This document shows positions 1 to 10,249 of a stretch of DNA of 64,000 nt, piece after piece. This DNA is from Trueperaceae bacterium. Lineage in GTDB: Bacteria; Deinococcota; Deinococci; Deinococcales; Trueperaceae. Within the stretch, counting starts at the first letter, position 1, and each line of letters begins with the position of its first letter. The notes beneath the pieces are model-generated. The model saw only the letters and a program-made list of their open reading frames with translations. It was not told the origin of the DNA and made no database searches. The position numbers and the translations under genes were made by a program. The stretch is taken from positions 3,456,001 to 3,520,000 of the forward strand of contig OZ243927.1 of NCBI GenBank assembly GCA_965213925.1. The letters run 5' to 3'.

Positions 1-31
1 TCGCAAGAGATGCGCGCAACTCGCGCACAAC
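1..31. repeat. 34-bp lox-like site #1 (left end cut by window edge)
   Basis: ...TCGCAAGAGA TGCGCGCA ACTCGCGCACAAC; matches the other copies. Confidence 0.75.
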
Positions 32-112
32 TGCTGTAGCACACCCGTAGCGGGTTCCGCCTCTCCCTTCGAGGGCACGTCTCGATTGTTAGGAGCGAAG
101 GAAACGCACTTA

Positions 113-1039
113 TTAGGGCTGCGCCAGCTCGCGCTCCAGCGCCTTCCGGTCCCAGTTCGCCAGCTCAGCCGCCGCCTCGTAGGTGCTCTGCAAGAAGTCC
201 AAGAGCGCGGCGTCAGGGTCGGTAGCTTTCCGCACCGCCTCATAGGGCAGGATAAATTCGCCCAGCGCGTTATGGTAGTACGCTTCGGCAGGGCGGACCT
301 CGTAGCTCCCGAAGCCCTCCGGCTCTGGGTAAGCATAAGAATAGAAGGCGGCGCCACCCAGCTCCTGGCTCAAGAAGAAGCCTGCGCTCGAGACCTCATG
401 CGAGTAGGCTTCCTGCATCACCCAGTCCGCCACGTTAGGCGCGCCGCCCGGGTGTGTAGGCGCGGGTCGCCCGGAAAAGCGGGTCACGGCCAGGTCGAAC
501 GCGCCCCAGAAGAGGTGAATCGGGCTCGCCTTGCCGACGAAGTGGGCGCGGAAGCGCGTGAACACCCGGTGAACGTGCAGGAGGATTTGCCACAGTTGTG
601 TAGCGCCTATAGGGTCGTAGGCCGCCTCCCCTTCATGCTCATGGAAGGGTTGGATGGGATGAGGCAGCTCGACCGGCACGGGCCAGATGTCCACCTCGAG
701 GTTTAGTTCTTTGAGCAGACGAAGAACACCGTAGTAGAAGTCCGCCACCGACATCGAGCGTAAGGGTAGGGTGCGTACCGCGCCCTCCAACGTGCGCACA
801 ACAAGCTGGTGGTCGTGGAAGTCGAACTCGAGTTCAAATGTGCGTGTTCCATAGGGAATGAGCGAGGTGCTCATTCCCCGCGCGGTGAGGTAGAGGGGAA
901 CGTGCCAGGAGTGGTTGGTCCAGGGCGTCCGCTCGAGCCGAATCTTCCCGACAATCTGGCTCCAGAGGTGCAGGGTGTCGTAGGTCTCGCCCCAGCGTTC
1001 GAGCGGCAGGGGCGGCCAGACGTTTTTGGCTTCCATCAA
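113..1039 (-). CDS. DUF5996-type hypothetical protein
   Basis: 308-aa ORF with TLHLWSQIVGK, NHSWHV, HLFWGAFDLAVTRFSG and FYSYAYPEP motifs. Confidence 0.8.
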   Translation of the reverse strand: MMEAKNVWPPLPLERWGETYDTLHLWSQIVGKIRLERTPWTNHSWHVPLYLTARGMSTSLIPYGTRTFELEFDFHDHQLVVRTLEGAVRTLPLRSMSVADFYYGVLRLLKELNLEVDIWPVPVELPHPIQPFHEHEGEAAYDPIGATQLWQILLHVHRVFTRFRAHFVGKASPIHLFWGAFDLAVTRFSGRPAPTHPGGAPNVADWVMQEAYSHEVSSAGFFLSQELGGAAFYSYAYPEPEGFGSYEVRPAEAYYHNALGEFILPYEAVRKATDPDAALLDFLQSTYEAAAELANWDRKALERELAQP

Positions 1040-1177
1040 TCTCTCCTCAAACTTTCCTCTAAGCGTGATGGGGGAGGCTTTTACCTATAACGTTGATGCT
1101 CGAAGCTCGCATCTCGATATTTATCTCCCCCTCGATTCTGTTTATGGCATAGGTTAGCGCGACCCCTATGAGCAAGA

Positions 1178-2788
1178 CTAAACGGTGCGCGCGGAAGGCG
1201 CTTTGTACCGTTCTAGCCAGTGCCGCGCCGCCCGAACATCGCCGTCACCCAGGACATGATCTGCGTCCTCCTAGTGCAGTGTGACCTCCGCCCCAGCCTT
1301 TTGCAGTATCGTAGCCAGCCGAAGAGCGTTCTCGGTCGGGATGAGGGGATCACGCCGCCCGGCTCCTAAGAACACCGCAACGCCGCTTAGGTCTGGCAGC
1401 TGATTCTCAAGAGTTCCAGGGTCAAGCGGTATCATCGGCCTGAAGAGCACGACTGCGCGGAAGAGCCCAGGGTGACGCAGCATCGCTGCTGAGGCGATGT
1501 TCGCCCCGTTGGAGTAGCCGACTGCGGCGACGCTGTCCGCACTGAAGTCATAGGCAGACGCCGCCTGCACCACGAAGGTGGCAAGCTCATCGGCGCGGCG
1601 CTTCACGTCGTCCTCGTCGAACACGCCCTCCTCCAGGCGGCGGAAGAAGCGGGTCGAGCCGCGCTCGAGCACCTTCCCGCGGGGGCTCAAGAGGTTGGCG
1701 TCGGGGTGGAGCGTCTGACCCAGCGGAACGAGGTCGTTCTCGTCGCCGCCCGTGCCGTGCAGGAGCAATAGGGTCTCGTCCGCGCCTTCTTTAGGAAGCC
1801 AGCGGTGGATGAAGCCGAGCTGCGGTCCCTCGAAGGTCGCGCGCTTTTCAGCTTGTACCGAAGTCGGTAGGTGGAGGGGTGGTAACACTGCCTCGAGCCG
1901 CCCCCTCATCCCTTCGTACTGCGGCGGCAGCTTGAGCACTCCGCCAAGTTCATCTATGGGTTCGTCCACCGTGAAGCCGGGCGGGTCAGTAGCGACCTCG
2001 AAGAGCGCGCCGCCGGGCTCACGGAAGTAGACCGAGCGGAAGTACTGCCGGTCGACCTGTGGGGTGGGGGCTAGCCCGCCCTTAGCCAGGACCTGCCTCA
2101 ACTCGAGCTGCGCCGCGTCGTCCTCCGAGCGAAACGCGACGTGGTGGACCGTGCCTGCGCCCAGTATACCGGGCCAAAAATCTTCAGCCACACGTATATC
2201 GACCACGCGACCCGGACCTTCCCCCGCAACGTATCGGTGGACGAAGCCCTCCTGAGCGTCCTCGCGGAAGCCTAGGTGCTCAGTGAGAAGGCTCGAGGTC
2301 ACGCCTAGCCGGTCCTCCCAGAGCGTCACGCCGAAGATGCCGCGGACAGCGTGCTCGGCGGGAAGAGGCGACTCTCGCCAAGGCGCGGTCGCGCTTGCGT
2401 CCTCGTCAGCGACGAGCTCGAGCCTCAGCCCGTCCGGGTCGTCAAAAGCCAGCACGCGTTTACCGAAGCGCTCCTCGGTATCAAAGCGCAGATTGCGCGC
2501 TGAGAGCCGATCTAGCCAGAACCCCAGGGACGCCTGTGGAATTGAAAGGGCCACAGACGCGAACTGCCCGGTGCCGCGCTGCCCGCACTGCGCCCCGGGC
2601 CAGGGGAAGAAGGTCAGGATCGTGCCGGGCTGACCCGACGTATCTCCGTAGTAGAGGTGATAAGTAGTGGGATCGTCAAAGTTGACCGTCCTCTTGACTA
2701 GCCGCAAACCGAGAAAGCCCGCGTAGAAGTCTAGGTTGCGCTGCGGGTCGCTCGCAACGGCTGTAACGTGGTGGATACCGCTCGTCAT
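1178..2788 (-). pseudogene. Ring-cleaving dioxygenase (MhqO-like VOC) fused to MhqD-like alpha/beta hydrolase; premature TAG at 1271-1273
   Basis: GIHHVTA...KRTVNFDDP N-terminal domain; LHGTGG and GYSNG hydrolase motifs; frame continues after TAG as EDADHVLGDGDVRAARHWL to a stop at 1178. Confidence 0.8.
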
Positions 2789-2893
2789 AACGCTCTCCTT
2801 CAGGATCATCGAACGATCCTTTGCATGGCTCGAGTGTAGACGGCGTCGAGGCGATCTCTCAAGACACCCAATTCGCCTCTTCTTGACCGATAT

Positions 2894-3718
2894 TTAGATC
2901 GCCCGGTGTTGTTTGCGGTACTGTAGGGGGGTCATCCCGTGGCGGCCCCGGAATTTGCGGTTGAAGTAGGCGGGGTCAGGGTAGCCGACCCGCTCGCCGA
3001 TAGAGGCGACGTACGTGTCCTCCCGTAAGAGCAACCGGCGCGCCTCAGCCATACGCCGCTCAGCGATCCAGTCATTCACGGTGCGGCCGGTCGCTTCGCG
3101 TACAGCCGTCGTGAGGTAGGCAGGCGTGAGGTGAAGCGTGCTAGCTACGTCCGCGAGGGATAGCGGCTCTCGAAATTTGACTTCGATTACGTCGAAGACG
3201 CGAGCCAGGAGGGGCTGCACCGCGAGCGGCGCGGTGCCGTAGCGCTCGGCGCTGAGCCGAGCGGCGTCGACGAGCAGGAGGCTCAGAAGTGCTCGGCTCG
3301 CCTCCTCAGAGCCAAGGTCTGTTCCTTTTGTCTCGGCTTCGAGCCTGGTCAGGCTCGTTTCCCACTGCGGGCGGTCATTGGGTGGCACACGGAGCGGCTC
3401 GGGCTGCGGCTGTATGAAGGCGAGGAAGAGTGGGTTGCAGAGCCAGTAGAAGAGGACGTGGCTGCGCTCACTGATGGGAACGAGGGGTTCGGGGACGAAG
3501 GTGACGATGTCGTAAGCAGCCTGAGCGAACCTTCTCGGCTCGAGCCGCTCGTTCGGTGCGGCGAGGTAGAGGTCGCCTTCGCTTACAGCCCCGGACGTGG
3601 CAACCTCTCGGATATAGATGAGGCTTGCCAGACCGTTCTGCTGCACTATCCCATCTGAGGACAACTCCCCTTGTGCATGCGTAGCAAGAATTTGGACTAG
3701 CTCAGTTGAAATAGACAC
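2894..3718 (-). CDS. AraC-family transcriptional regulator
   Basis: C-terminal double HTH (VGYPDPAYFNRKFR...TP). Confidence 0.9.
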   Translation of the reverse strand: MSISTELVQILATHAQGELSSDGIVQQNGLASLIYIREVATSGAVSEGDLYLAAPNERLEPRRFAQAAYDIVTFVPEPLVPISERSHVLFYWLCNPLFLAFIQPQPEPLRVPPNDRPQWETSLTRLEAETKGTDLGSEEASRALLSLLLVDAARLSAERYGTAPLAVQPLLARVFDVIEVKFREPLSLADVASTLHLTPAYLTTAVREATGRTVNDWIAERRMAEARRLLLREDTYVASIGERVGYPDPAYFNRKFRGRHGMTPLQYRKQHRAI

Positions 3719-3818
3719 CTCGGGTATTGTAGCGCCTGTCTAAGCATAAGGTGTCAGTGTCACCTTATCCCGCTCATAAGCTAGTCAGGTAAGTCCCCAA
3801 AGGCCGTAAGCGCGCGGG

Positions 3819-3852
3819 CTTTTGCGAGAGATGCGCGCGTCTGTTGCAGAAG
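3819..3852. repeat. 34-bp lox-like site #2
   Basis: CTTTTGCGAGAGA TGCGCGCG TCTGTTGCAGAAG. Confidence 0.85.
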
Positions 3853-3882
3853 CTTTTACCTTCACCGAGCAACGTCGCCGCC

Positions 3883-4512
3883 GTGTTAAGCTCCCTCAAG
3901 ACTTTGCTGAGAGGGCACGGTTTGACTCCCGCTGACACTGACCTCGCGCTTCTTCGTAGCGCCTTTGAGCGCTTCGTCCCCCTATCAGACGAGGTATGGG
4001 CGGAGGTCAACACGCTGTGGCACGTCCGTAAGGTTGAGCGCAGCACTACCCTCACGAGAGTGGGCGAGACGGAGCAATCGTTCGGACTCGTCCTCGAGGG
4101 CGTGCAGCGCCTCTACTTCACCACGCTTGACGGCGCTGACGTCACCGTCGCCTTTGCCTACCCCCCGAACTACACGGGCGTCCCCGACTCATTCTTTCTC
4201 CAAGCGCCCTCTGCTTATGCGCTCGAAGCGCTTACTGACGGGCGCATGCTTTGGATTGATTACGCAAGCTTGATGTGGCTCATGGACCGGCACCGCGAAC
4301 TCGAGCGCTGGGCCTGGCGGCTCCTTGCTGCCGCCGGAGCGGGCCGGGGCAAACGCGAACGCGAAGCCCTCACGCTCTCAGCAGAGGAGCGCTACGCCCG
4401 CCTCCTCCGTGAGTCGCCCCACCTACCTGACCTTGTCGCACAACACCACTTGGCCTCGTACCTCGGCATGACCCCGGAGACGCTGAGCCGCATCCGCGCC
4501 CGCTTACGCTGA
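3883..4512 (+). CDS. Crp/Fnr-family regulator (start uncertain)
   Basis: cNMP-binding-like domain plus LASYLGMTPETLSRIR HTH. Confidence 0.88.
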   Translation: MLSSLKTLLRGHGLTPADTDLALLRSAFERFVPLSDEVWAEVNTLWHVRKVERSTTLTRVGETEQSFGLVLEGVQRLYFTTLDGADVTVAFAYPPNYTGVPDSFFLQAPSAYALEALTDGRMLWIDYASLMWLMDRHRELERWAWRLLAAAGAGRGKREREALTLSAEERYARLLRESPHLPDLVAQHHLASYLGMTPETLSRIRARLR

Positions 4513-4575
4513 ACGTCTTGACGCCCTTGATATAGGTCAATGCGCTCGGTGCAGGTTATCCCGTAGCCTAGCGGT

Positions 4576-5448
4576 ATGACCCACAACATCCCTACTTGGC
4601 TCGACCGCGACCTCTATCCGTTCGCACCTCACACGTTCGAAACTGAGTACGGCAAGATGCGCTATGTGGACGAGGGCAACGGCCCGCCTATCGTCCTCGT
4701 CCACGGGACGCCGACCTGGTCGTTCTTGTGGCGAGGGCTGATTCGGACGCTTGCCAAGACGCACCGCGTCGTCGCACCCGACCACCTCGGATTCGGGCTG
4801 TCCGACAAGCCGCCTGGCGCGCCTTACCGACCCGAAGACCAAGCGACGCGGCTAGAGGCATTGATCAAACATCTTGGACTCCGCGACATCGTGCTTGTCG
4901 TGCACGACTTCGGCGGGCCAATCGGTCTTTCTTACGCCACCGAGCACTCCGCAAACGTGCGCGCACTCGTCCTCTATAACACTTGGCTCTGGTCGCAAGC
5001 CGACGACCCAGCGGCGGTGCGGGCTAGCCGCCTGCTTGGGGGCTCCTTAGGTCGGTTCCTCTACACCCGCTTCAACCTCTCGCCGCGCGTTCTGCTGCCG
5101 ACCCTCTTTGCTGACCGCTTGAAGCTCACTCGCGCTGTGCACCGCCACTACCTATGCCCCTTCCCTAACGCACGCAGCCGATACGCACCAGCTGTGCTCG
5201 CCCACGAGCTCATCGGCTCCAGCATGTGGTTCGATAACTTATGGAATAGGCGGGCTGTGCTTGCTGACAAGCCTGCTCTGCTTGTGTGGGGCGAGAAAGA
5301 CAGGGCGTTCGGACTCCAGGACTTGCAGCGCTGGCAGGAGGCGCTACCCAGAGCAGAAACGGCGCTGTATCCCGAAGCGGGTCACTTCGTGCAAGAGGAG
5401 GTACCTAGCTCTGCGGCGCGGGTAGCCTCATTCGTGCGTAAGCTTTAG
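4576..5448 (+). CDS. Alpha/beta hydrolase (haloalkane dehalogenase-like)
   Basis: VHGTPTWSFLW, VHDFGGPIG (Asp nucleophile), AGHFVQEE. Confidence 0.88.
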   Translation: MTHNIPTWLDRDLYPFAPHTFETEYGKMRYVDEGNGPPIVLVHGTPTWSFLWRGLIRTLAKTHRVVAPDHLGFGLSDKPPGAPYRPEDQATRLEALIKHLGLRDIVLVVHDFGGPIGLSYATEHSANVRALVLYNTWLWSQADDPAAVRASRLLGGSLGRFLYTRFNLSPRVLLPTLFADRLKLTRAVHRHYLCPFPNARSRYAPAVLAHELIGSSMWFDNLWNRRAVLADKPALLVWGEKDRAFGLQDLQRWQEALPRAETALYPEAGHFVQEEVPSSAARVASFVRKL

Positions 5449-5572
5449 GACGAGACATCCCGTCGAGCCACCTCATAGGCAATCTGAGTACAGGGCTTTC
5501 GCCTCAATGTATTAGCAATGACCCACGCACACCTCACCACTCGTGCTGCGCTGGAGGCGCAGGTCACGAAGT

Positions 5573-5606
5573 CTTCTGCGCGAGTTGCGCGCAACTGTGT
5601 CCTTGA
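5573..5606. repeat. 34-bp lox-like site #3 (right arm degenerate)
   Basis: CTTCTGCGCGAGT TGCGCGCA ACTGTGTCCTTGA. Confidence 0.7.
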
Positions 5607-5639
5607 GGAATAGGCGAAGGCTTTATAGTAAATGTGCTT

Positions 5640-6350
5640 ATGAAGAGGATTATCCTGATCGCCGCCGGACTCGCCCTCATCACTGTGGCTGCTGCCGCTA
5701 TCTACTTCTACTTTACAGACCCCGGTAGGTTGACGACATCACCTGAATTCGCCGAATTAGAAAAATCTGTGTCAGCCGGTACCCTTACCTCGCGAGCCGA
5801 CCCCGCCATGAACATGATGTTTGACGAAGACTACGAGTACATCGGCGGTCAAACGTTCGAACTCTACGGCACCGCTGATGTTGAACAGCATTTCTTCGTC
5901 GAGGAGCATCCGGACGGAAGTTTGAAAAGCCTTTTCTGGCTGCAGTTTGAAGGCTTTTTGCCTAGCAACGACTACGCCTATGATTACACTGACTCTCCGC
6001 TTCGAGTCGAAATAGACGGCCTCAACTTCTATACGGACACAGCAGCAGGCATTGACGTTAGGTTCTGGCGGCTTGGCTCACCAGGAACGGACGGCTACCT
6101 CGTGCGCAAGTTCCTTGCTGGCAAAGGCTACAGCTACCCTGACGAGTATTTCTACGCGCGGCTCGTTCATATCCCGGACTCGGCCCGCCGCAAAGAGCTC
6201 CTCATCATTTTTATCGACGACCTAAAGCCCTCGGGCTTCGCTGCGGCGGAGCTGCGCGAGGGCGGAGAACGTGAGGAAAGCTGGCTGGAGGTCGAGGCGG
6301 CGCACCTGGAAAAGATCAGGAACGTCATGACGCTGAGTCAGCTTGAGTGA
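5640..6350 (+). CDS. Hypothetical protein with N-terminal signal/anchor
   Basis: MKRIILIAAGLALITVAAAAIYFYF followed by a soluble domain. Confidence 0.7.
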   Translation: MKRIILIAAGLALITVAAAAIYFYFTDPGRLTTSPEFAELEKSVSAGTLTSRADPAMNMMFDEDYEYIGGQTFELYGTADVEQHFFVEEHPDGSLKSLFWLQFEGFLPSNDYAYDYTDSPLRVEIDGLNFYTDTAAGIDVRFWRLGSPGTDGYLVRKFLAGKGYSYPDEYFYARLVHIPDSARRKELLIIFIDDLKPSGFAAAELREGGEREESWLEVEAAHLEKIRNVMTLSQLE

Positions 6351-6416
6351 GGCACCGCCTGGAATCGGTATTCAGCTAAGTACCGGGGCAGAGTTCGGGC
6401 GGAGATTTGCATAGAC

Positions 6417-6450
6417 TTCGTGCGTGTGATGCGCGCGTCTCTCGCAGAAG
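6417..6450. repeat. 34-bp lox-like site #4
   Basis: TTCGTGCGTGTGA TGCGCGCG TCTCTCGCAGAAG. Confidence 0.85.
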
Positions 6451-6459
6451 CACCATAGT

Positions 6460-6912
6460 TCAACCGAATAGCTGTGCTGGCATCTCGACCTGCGCGCCCA
6501 TCGCCTTAGCGATCCGCTCGAAGTCCTGCGGGCTGATCTCGAAGAGCCCGCGCCGGAAGGGGAAGCCCCACTTCCGTTTATCAGTAACGAAGGTAAGGTC
6601 TTCTAGTAGAGGACGTACCGGTGCTTCTTTCACCCCTTTGAAGCTCACCTTACGTCGCCAGGGATGAAAGTCGGACGTCATCTCGACTTGATAGGGCTCG
6701 TTGTCTATGACTCTGCCCAGGGCGGTGAATGCCTGCAGCACCTCCCCACCCCTAAAAGCAGTTCTAGGAGAGTAGAAAATCAGCATGTCCCCCATTCTTA
6801 GACGCTCGAGGCGTGTGCGCTTGCCGTGATCCGCTTGGGTGAAGCCGCCCTCGACCCCCGCCCGTACGTGATCGCGCGACACTGTGTTGACCCAGTAATG
6901 CGCCTCAGCCAC
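6460..6912 (-). CDS. EVE (PUA-like) domain protein
   Basis: YWVNTVSRDHV..GV.GGFTQADHGK, FYSPR, WGFPFRRGLFEI; GTG start overlaps the upstream stop. Confidence 0.85.
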   Translation of the reverse strand: MAEAHYWVNTVSRDHVRAGVEGGFTQADHGKRTRLERLRMGDMLIFYSPRTAFRGGEVLQAFTALGRVIDNEPYQVEMTSDFHPWRRKVSFKGVKEAPVRPLLEDLTFVTDKRKWGFPFRRGLFEISPQDFERIAKAMGAQVEMPAQLFG

Positions 6913-7279
6913 GGTCGTGAAGGGTGATGAGGTAACCCTTAGGGTCCCGGACGGAAAAGGTCTTGCCAAAGGGACCGTCTACTAGGTCCGACGTGACCTC
7001 AACCCCCTTGTTAACCAGATGGTCACGTAGCTTCGCGCTGTCGTCTACCTTGAACCAGAGTGCCACGCCATGACCCCGATGTGGGGTGAGGTCTAGATTG
7101 ACGAGCGGCGTTCGCACGGCGAAGGCGATAGGCTCGGTAGCGAAAACAACTGCACCGGGCGGGCTCTGCGGGGCGAGTGCTAGCCCTAGCGTCTCGTGGT
7201 AGAAGCGTTTGCCAGCGTCCAAATCGCGCCACTGCAGCGCAATGAAGTCGGGACCGTCAACCTTTGTTTTTACATTCAT
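6905..7279 (-). CDS. VOC/glyoxalase family protein
   Basis: FYHETLGL, GPFGKTFSVRDPKGY. Confidence 0.85.
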   Translation of the reverse strand: MNVKTKVDGPDFIALQWRDLDAGKRFYHETLGLALAPQSPPGAVVFATEPIAFAVRTPLVNLDLTPHRGHGVALWFKVDDSAKLRDHLVNKGVEVTSDLVDGPFGKTFSVRDPKGYLITLHDRG

Positions 7280-7293
7280 TCTTGACCTCCTAT

Positions 7294-7341
7294 TTATCAG
7301 TACCCTGATAACTTGTAGCTAGATTATCAGCACCCTGATAT
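7294..7341. promoter_or_regulatory. Two palindromic operators, probably bound by the adjacent MarR
   Basis: TTATCAG-TACC-CTGATAA (7294-7311) and TTATCAG-CACC-CTGATAT (7324-7341) between divergent genes. Confidence 0.7.
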
Positions 7342-7352
7342 AATGTCAAGCC

Positions 7353-7790
7353 ATGAAACTGACCTCTGATCCTCTCGGCTATCTCCTCAAGCGCGCTCAG
7401 TCGGCGCTGCGCAGCAACATGGATGCAGCGCTCGCGACACTAGACCTTACGACCCCGCAGTACGCCGCGTTGGGCGAGCTGGTGAAGGAGCAGGGGCTCT
7501 CAAATGCCGAACTTGCTCGCCGCTGTTTCGTAACACCTCAGACTATGTACCAGATCGTGATCGGGCTCGAGCGTGGCGCGCTGCTAGAGCGCTCGCCGCA
7601 CCCCGAGCATGGACGTATTCAGCGGGTGAAACCGACTGCTGAGGGGCAAGCGCTCTTGGAACATGCTCACAGTTTAGTAGCTGAGGTTGAAAAGCGGATG
7701 ACGCGGGAGCTGACACAAGTGGAGATCGAGCAAGCGTGTGCGCTGCTAACAAAATGTTACAAGGGGCTGGAGAGTAAAGACGGAGCCTAG
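7353..7790 (+). CDS. MarR-family regulator
   Basis: LTTPQYAAL, LSNAELARRCFVTPQTM winged HTH. Confidence 0.9.
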   Translation: MKLTSDPLGYLLKRAQSALRSNMDAALATLDLTTPQYAALGELVKEQGLSNAELARRCFVTPQTMYQIVIGLERGALLERSPHPEHGRIQRVKPTAEGQALLEHAHSLVAEVEKRMTRELTQVEIEQACALLTKCYKGLESKDGA

Positions 7791-7817
7791 AACCTATCGG
7801 CGAAAGCTGACCAACGG

Positions 7818-7851
7818 CTTCTGCGCTTAACGCGCGCGTTTGTTGCAGAAT
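7818..7851. repeat. 34-bp lox-like site #5
   Basis: CTTCTGCGCTTAA CGCGCGCG TTTGTTGCAGAAT. Confidence 0.85.
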
Positions 7852-7881
7852 GGATCATCCGCTAAGTTCTGCATCATTCGC

Positions 7882-8385
7882 TCAGCCAGCTTCCCTCGTC
7901 TTCAACGCATAGCAGCGACAGAGGATTTTGCGACGAATTTCCTGGACAAACCAAGAAACTCTTTGCAACCCTCCGCCATGCGCTCTGACAAGTGGGCGTC
8001 GGTATGCTACTGGATGAGATAGGGCAGCAGCCAGCCCCCCAGGAGCTGGCCGTCGTCGAGGACGCCGAAGTGCCAACGCAGGTCGCCGCGGCTCACAGGG
8101 GTAGCCTCGCCTAACGAGAAGGGGGTGCGCGCTTGCAGCGCGGTGATGTCCGGGGTGTTGACTACCCGAGCGAGCAGCTACGGCTGCCGCGCCAGCCGGA
8201 CCCGCAAGAAGGGGTCGTCAATCCCGTACCAGCGCGGCCTCACGAGTGCGGGCGCGTCGGGCCGGGCGCGACACCTCCAAAAAGACCTCGCCGCCGAGCC
8301 GCATCAGGTGGTTGTAGGTGCCCACCGCAGGGTGCTTCCCACCCGCTGGGATGTCGATCCCGAATTGGTCACCGCTACAACCTAG
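7882..8385 (-). pseudogene. Decayed Glyoxalase_3/VOC gene
   Basis: Fragments GGKHPAVGTYNHLMRLGGEVFLEV, RPRWYGIDDP and LPYLIQ*, with stops and frameshifts. Confidence 0.65.
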
Positions 8386-8443
8386 GGCAAGTAACCATTA
8401 ACTCGGTGATGAGCCGCTACCAGAAAAGGAAATAGTACCTGAA

Positions 8444-9163
8444 TTATGCTAACACCGTCACAACTTCCTCAAGCAAGTCGCTAAGCTCACGCGGTTTGGA
8501 GACCATCGGCCAGTGACCCGCCTCGAGTTCTCTATATCTCCAGGTCGGCTCGTCACGAAGCGCCGCCACGTCGCTGGGAAGCTCAAACGAGCAGAGAATG
8601 TAGGTGGCGTTTTGTTGATTCAAGGCTTGCTCCAGCGCTGCAGGCTCGCTGAGGGTGCGCCCTGGGTGATCAACGAACCGTTCGACAAGCCACTGTGCTT
8701 GCTCACGCGATAGCCCATGACCGTCAGCTGCTCCCTCGACGTTAGGAGCAGGCCAGCGTCCGCCGTTATCCGCAATTTGCTTCCGCTCGTCAGCTCGCTG
8801 CGCTTCCGGAAACGCCTCGAGCATAGATTGCCCGTCATGCGGTAAGAAGGCGTCGACGTAGACTGTATGTGCGACACGTTCAGAGGCGCGCTCAGCAACC
8901 TGACCTACCACGATCCCTGAATAGCTATGTCCGACTAGAATTACACTGTGTAAATCGTTCGTTTCCAGAACCGCCAGCACATCGCTCACGTGCGTTGCCA
9001 ATCCGACGCTAGCGCTGTCTATATCCTGGTCAAGACCAGAAAGGGTGAGCGGATAGACCTCGTATCCTCTCGAGCGCAGGTCTTGCGTCACGGGTTCCCA
9101 GGCCCACGCGCCCATCCAGGCACCTGGAACCAAGACAAAGGCTAGCTTTACCTTGTTCTTCAT
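8444..9163 (-). CDS. Alpha/beta hydrolase (esterase)
   Basis: VPGAWMGAWAW, GHSYSG, GHWPMVSKP. Confidence 0.88.
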   Translation of the reverse strand: MKNKVKLAFVLVPGAWMGAWAWEPVTQDLRSRGYEVYPLTLSGLDQDIDSASVGLATHVSDVLAVLETNDLHSVILVGHSYSGIVVGQVAERASERVAHTVYVDAFLPHDGQSMLEAFPEAQRADERKQIADNGGRWPAPNVEGAADGHGLSREQAQWLVERFVDHPGRTLSEPAALEQALNQQNATYILCSFELPSDVAALRDEPTWRYRELEAGHWPMVSKPRELSDLLEEVVTVLA

Positions 9164-9442
9164 CGTTTAGCTCCTTTTATAACGGCTGTTTATAACGGCT
9201 GTTTTTGGGATAAAACCGAAAGGCTCTATGCCGCAATGCGTCACCACTGGACCCAGCAACAGCGATAAGTTCTGTTCCAAAATCGTCCGCTAGGCTGAAA
9301 CCTTTGACGTACTGGCTTACCTCTCCATGTTGTTTTTGCAGCCGTCACCCTTATAATGTTAGCGTGCCTTCTTCCCGAAAAGAAGGGGCACTTAGGGGCA
9401 AAACTGCTCGTTTTCTTTTTAGTTGAAAGGGGTTTTGGCTTT

Positions 9443-9952
9443 TTGACCTTACAAAACGAAAAGACACTCGATAACCTCAGTTGGCAGATTTTGCGCGAGC
9501 TGCAAAAAGATGCCCGTCTTTCCTACAACGAACTTGGCAGGCGCGTCGGGCTCTCAGCGCCCTCGGTAGCCGAACGCGTGCGCAAGCTCGAGGAGGCGGG
9601 CGTGATAGGCGGCTACAAAGCTCACATAGAACTAGCAAATATCGGGCTGCCAATTACAGCGTTTATCCACCTGCGCTGTACCTTGGGTAGGTGCTTACTC
9701 AATACGGCGAGGATGGAGGACTATCCAGAGATTTTCGAGGTGCACAAAGTGAGTGGGCGTCACTGCACTATGCTGCGTGTTGCTGCCGCCTCGGTCAAAC
9801 ACTTGGACATTCTCATGGACAGACTCAGCCGTCATGGTGAGGTGGAGATGGAGATTGTGCTCTCGAGTCCCTTGCCCGACCGGGATGTTGACTGGGAGAA
9901 GGGACACGAAACTCTCAGGGCAATTACCGAGTTTCGCTGGGATGAAAAGTAG
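9443..9952 (+). CDS. Lrp/AsnC-family regulator
   Basis: LQKDARLSYNELGRRVGLSAPSVAERVRKLEEAGVI. Confidence 0.9.
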   Translation: MTLQNEKTLDNLSWQILRELQKDARLSYNELGRRVGLSAPSVAERVRKLEEAGVIGGYKAHIELANIGLPITAFIHLRCTLGRCLLNTARMEDYPEIFEVHKVSGRHCTMLRVAAASVKHLDILMDRLSRHGEVEMEIVLSSPLPDRDVDWEKGHETLRAITEFRWDEK

Positions 9953-10249
9953 AGGCGTACAGCAACCCTACTCCATTTTGTAGAGGTCACAAAGGCCGCC
10001 CATTTCATTGATGATTACTTCAAGGGTACTACTAGCAGAGTCAGAATCCTTTACCGTAGGTGGAAAATTACAAGGCGACTTTGCCCGCCGCGAGATTGAC
10101 AAACTGAAGAATAAAGGCGAGGAAGAACAGAGCTGCTTTTGAATTAAGTACATTCGTCACAACCCTCTGACGAAACACAACAAATTTCGTGAAGGGTCTG
10201 ACCTGCAAGTCAGTCGCCCTTTCATCGCGCTCGAGCAAGGTGCGGATGC

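Noticed and set aside
9176..9203. 13-bp tandem duplication TATAACGGCTGTT x2
   Set aside because: A single local duplication with no further evidence of function.
10160..10200. Possible isolated IS end (GACCCTTCACGAAATTTGTTGTG on the minus strand)
   Set aside because: No partner IR or transposase nearby.
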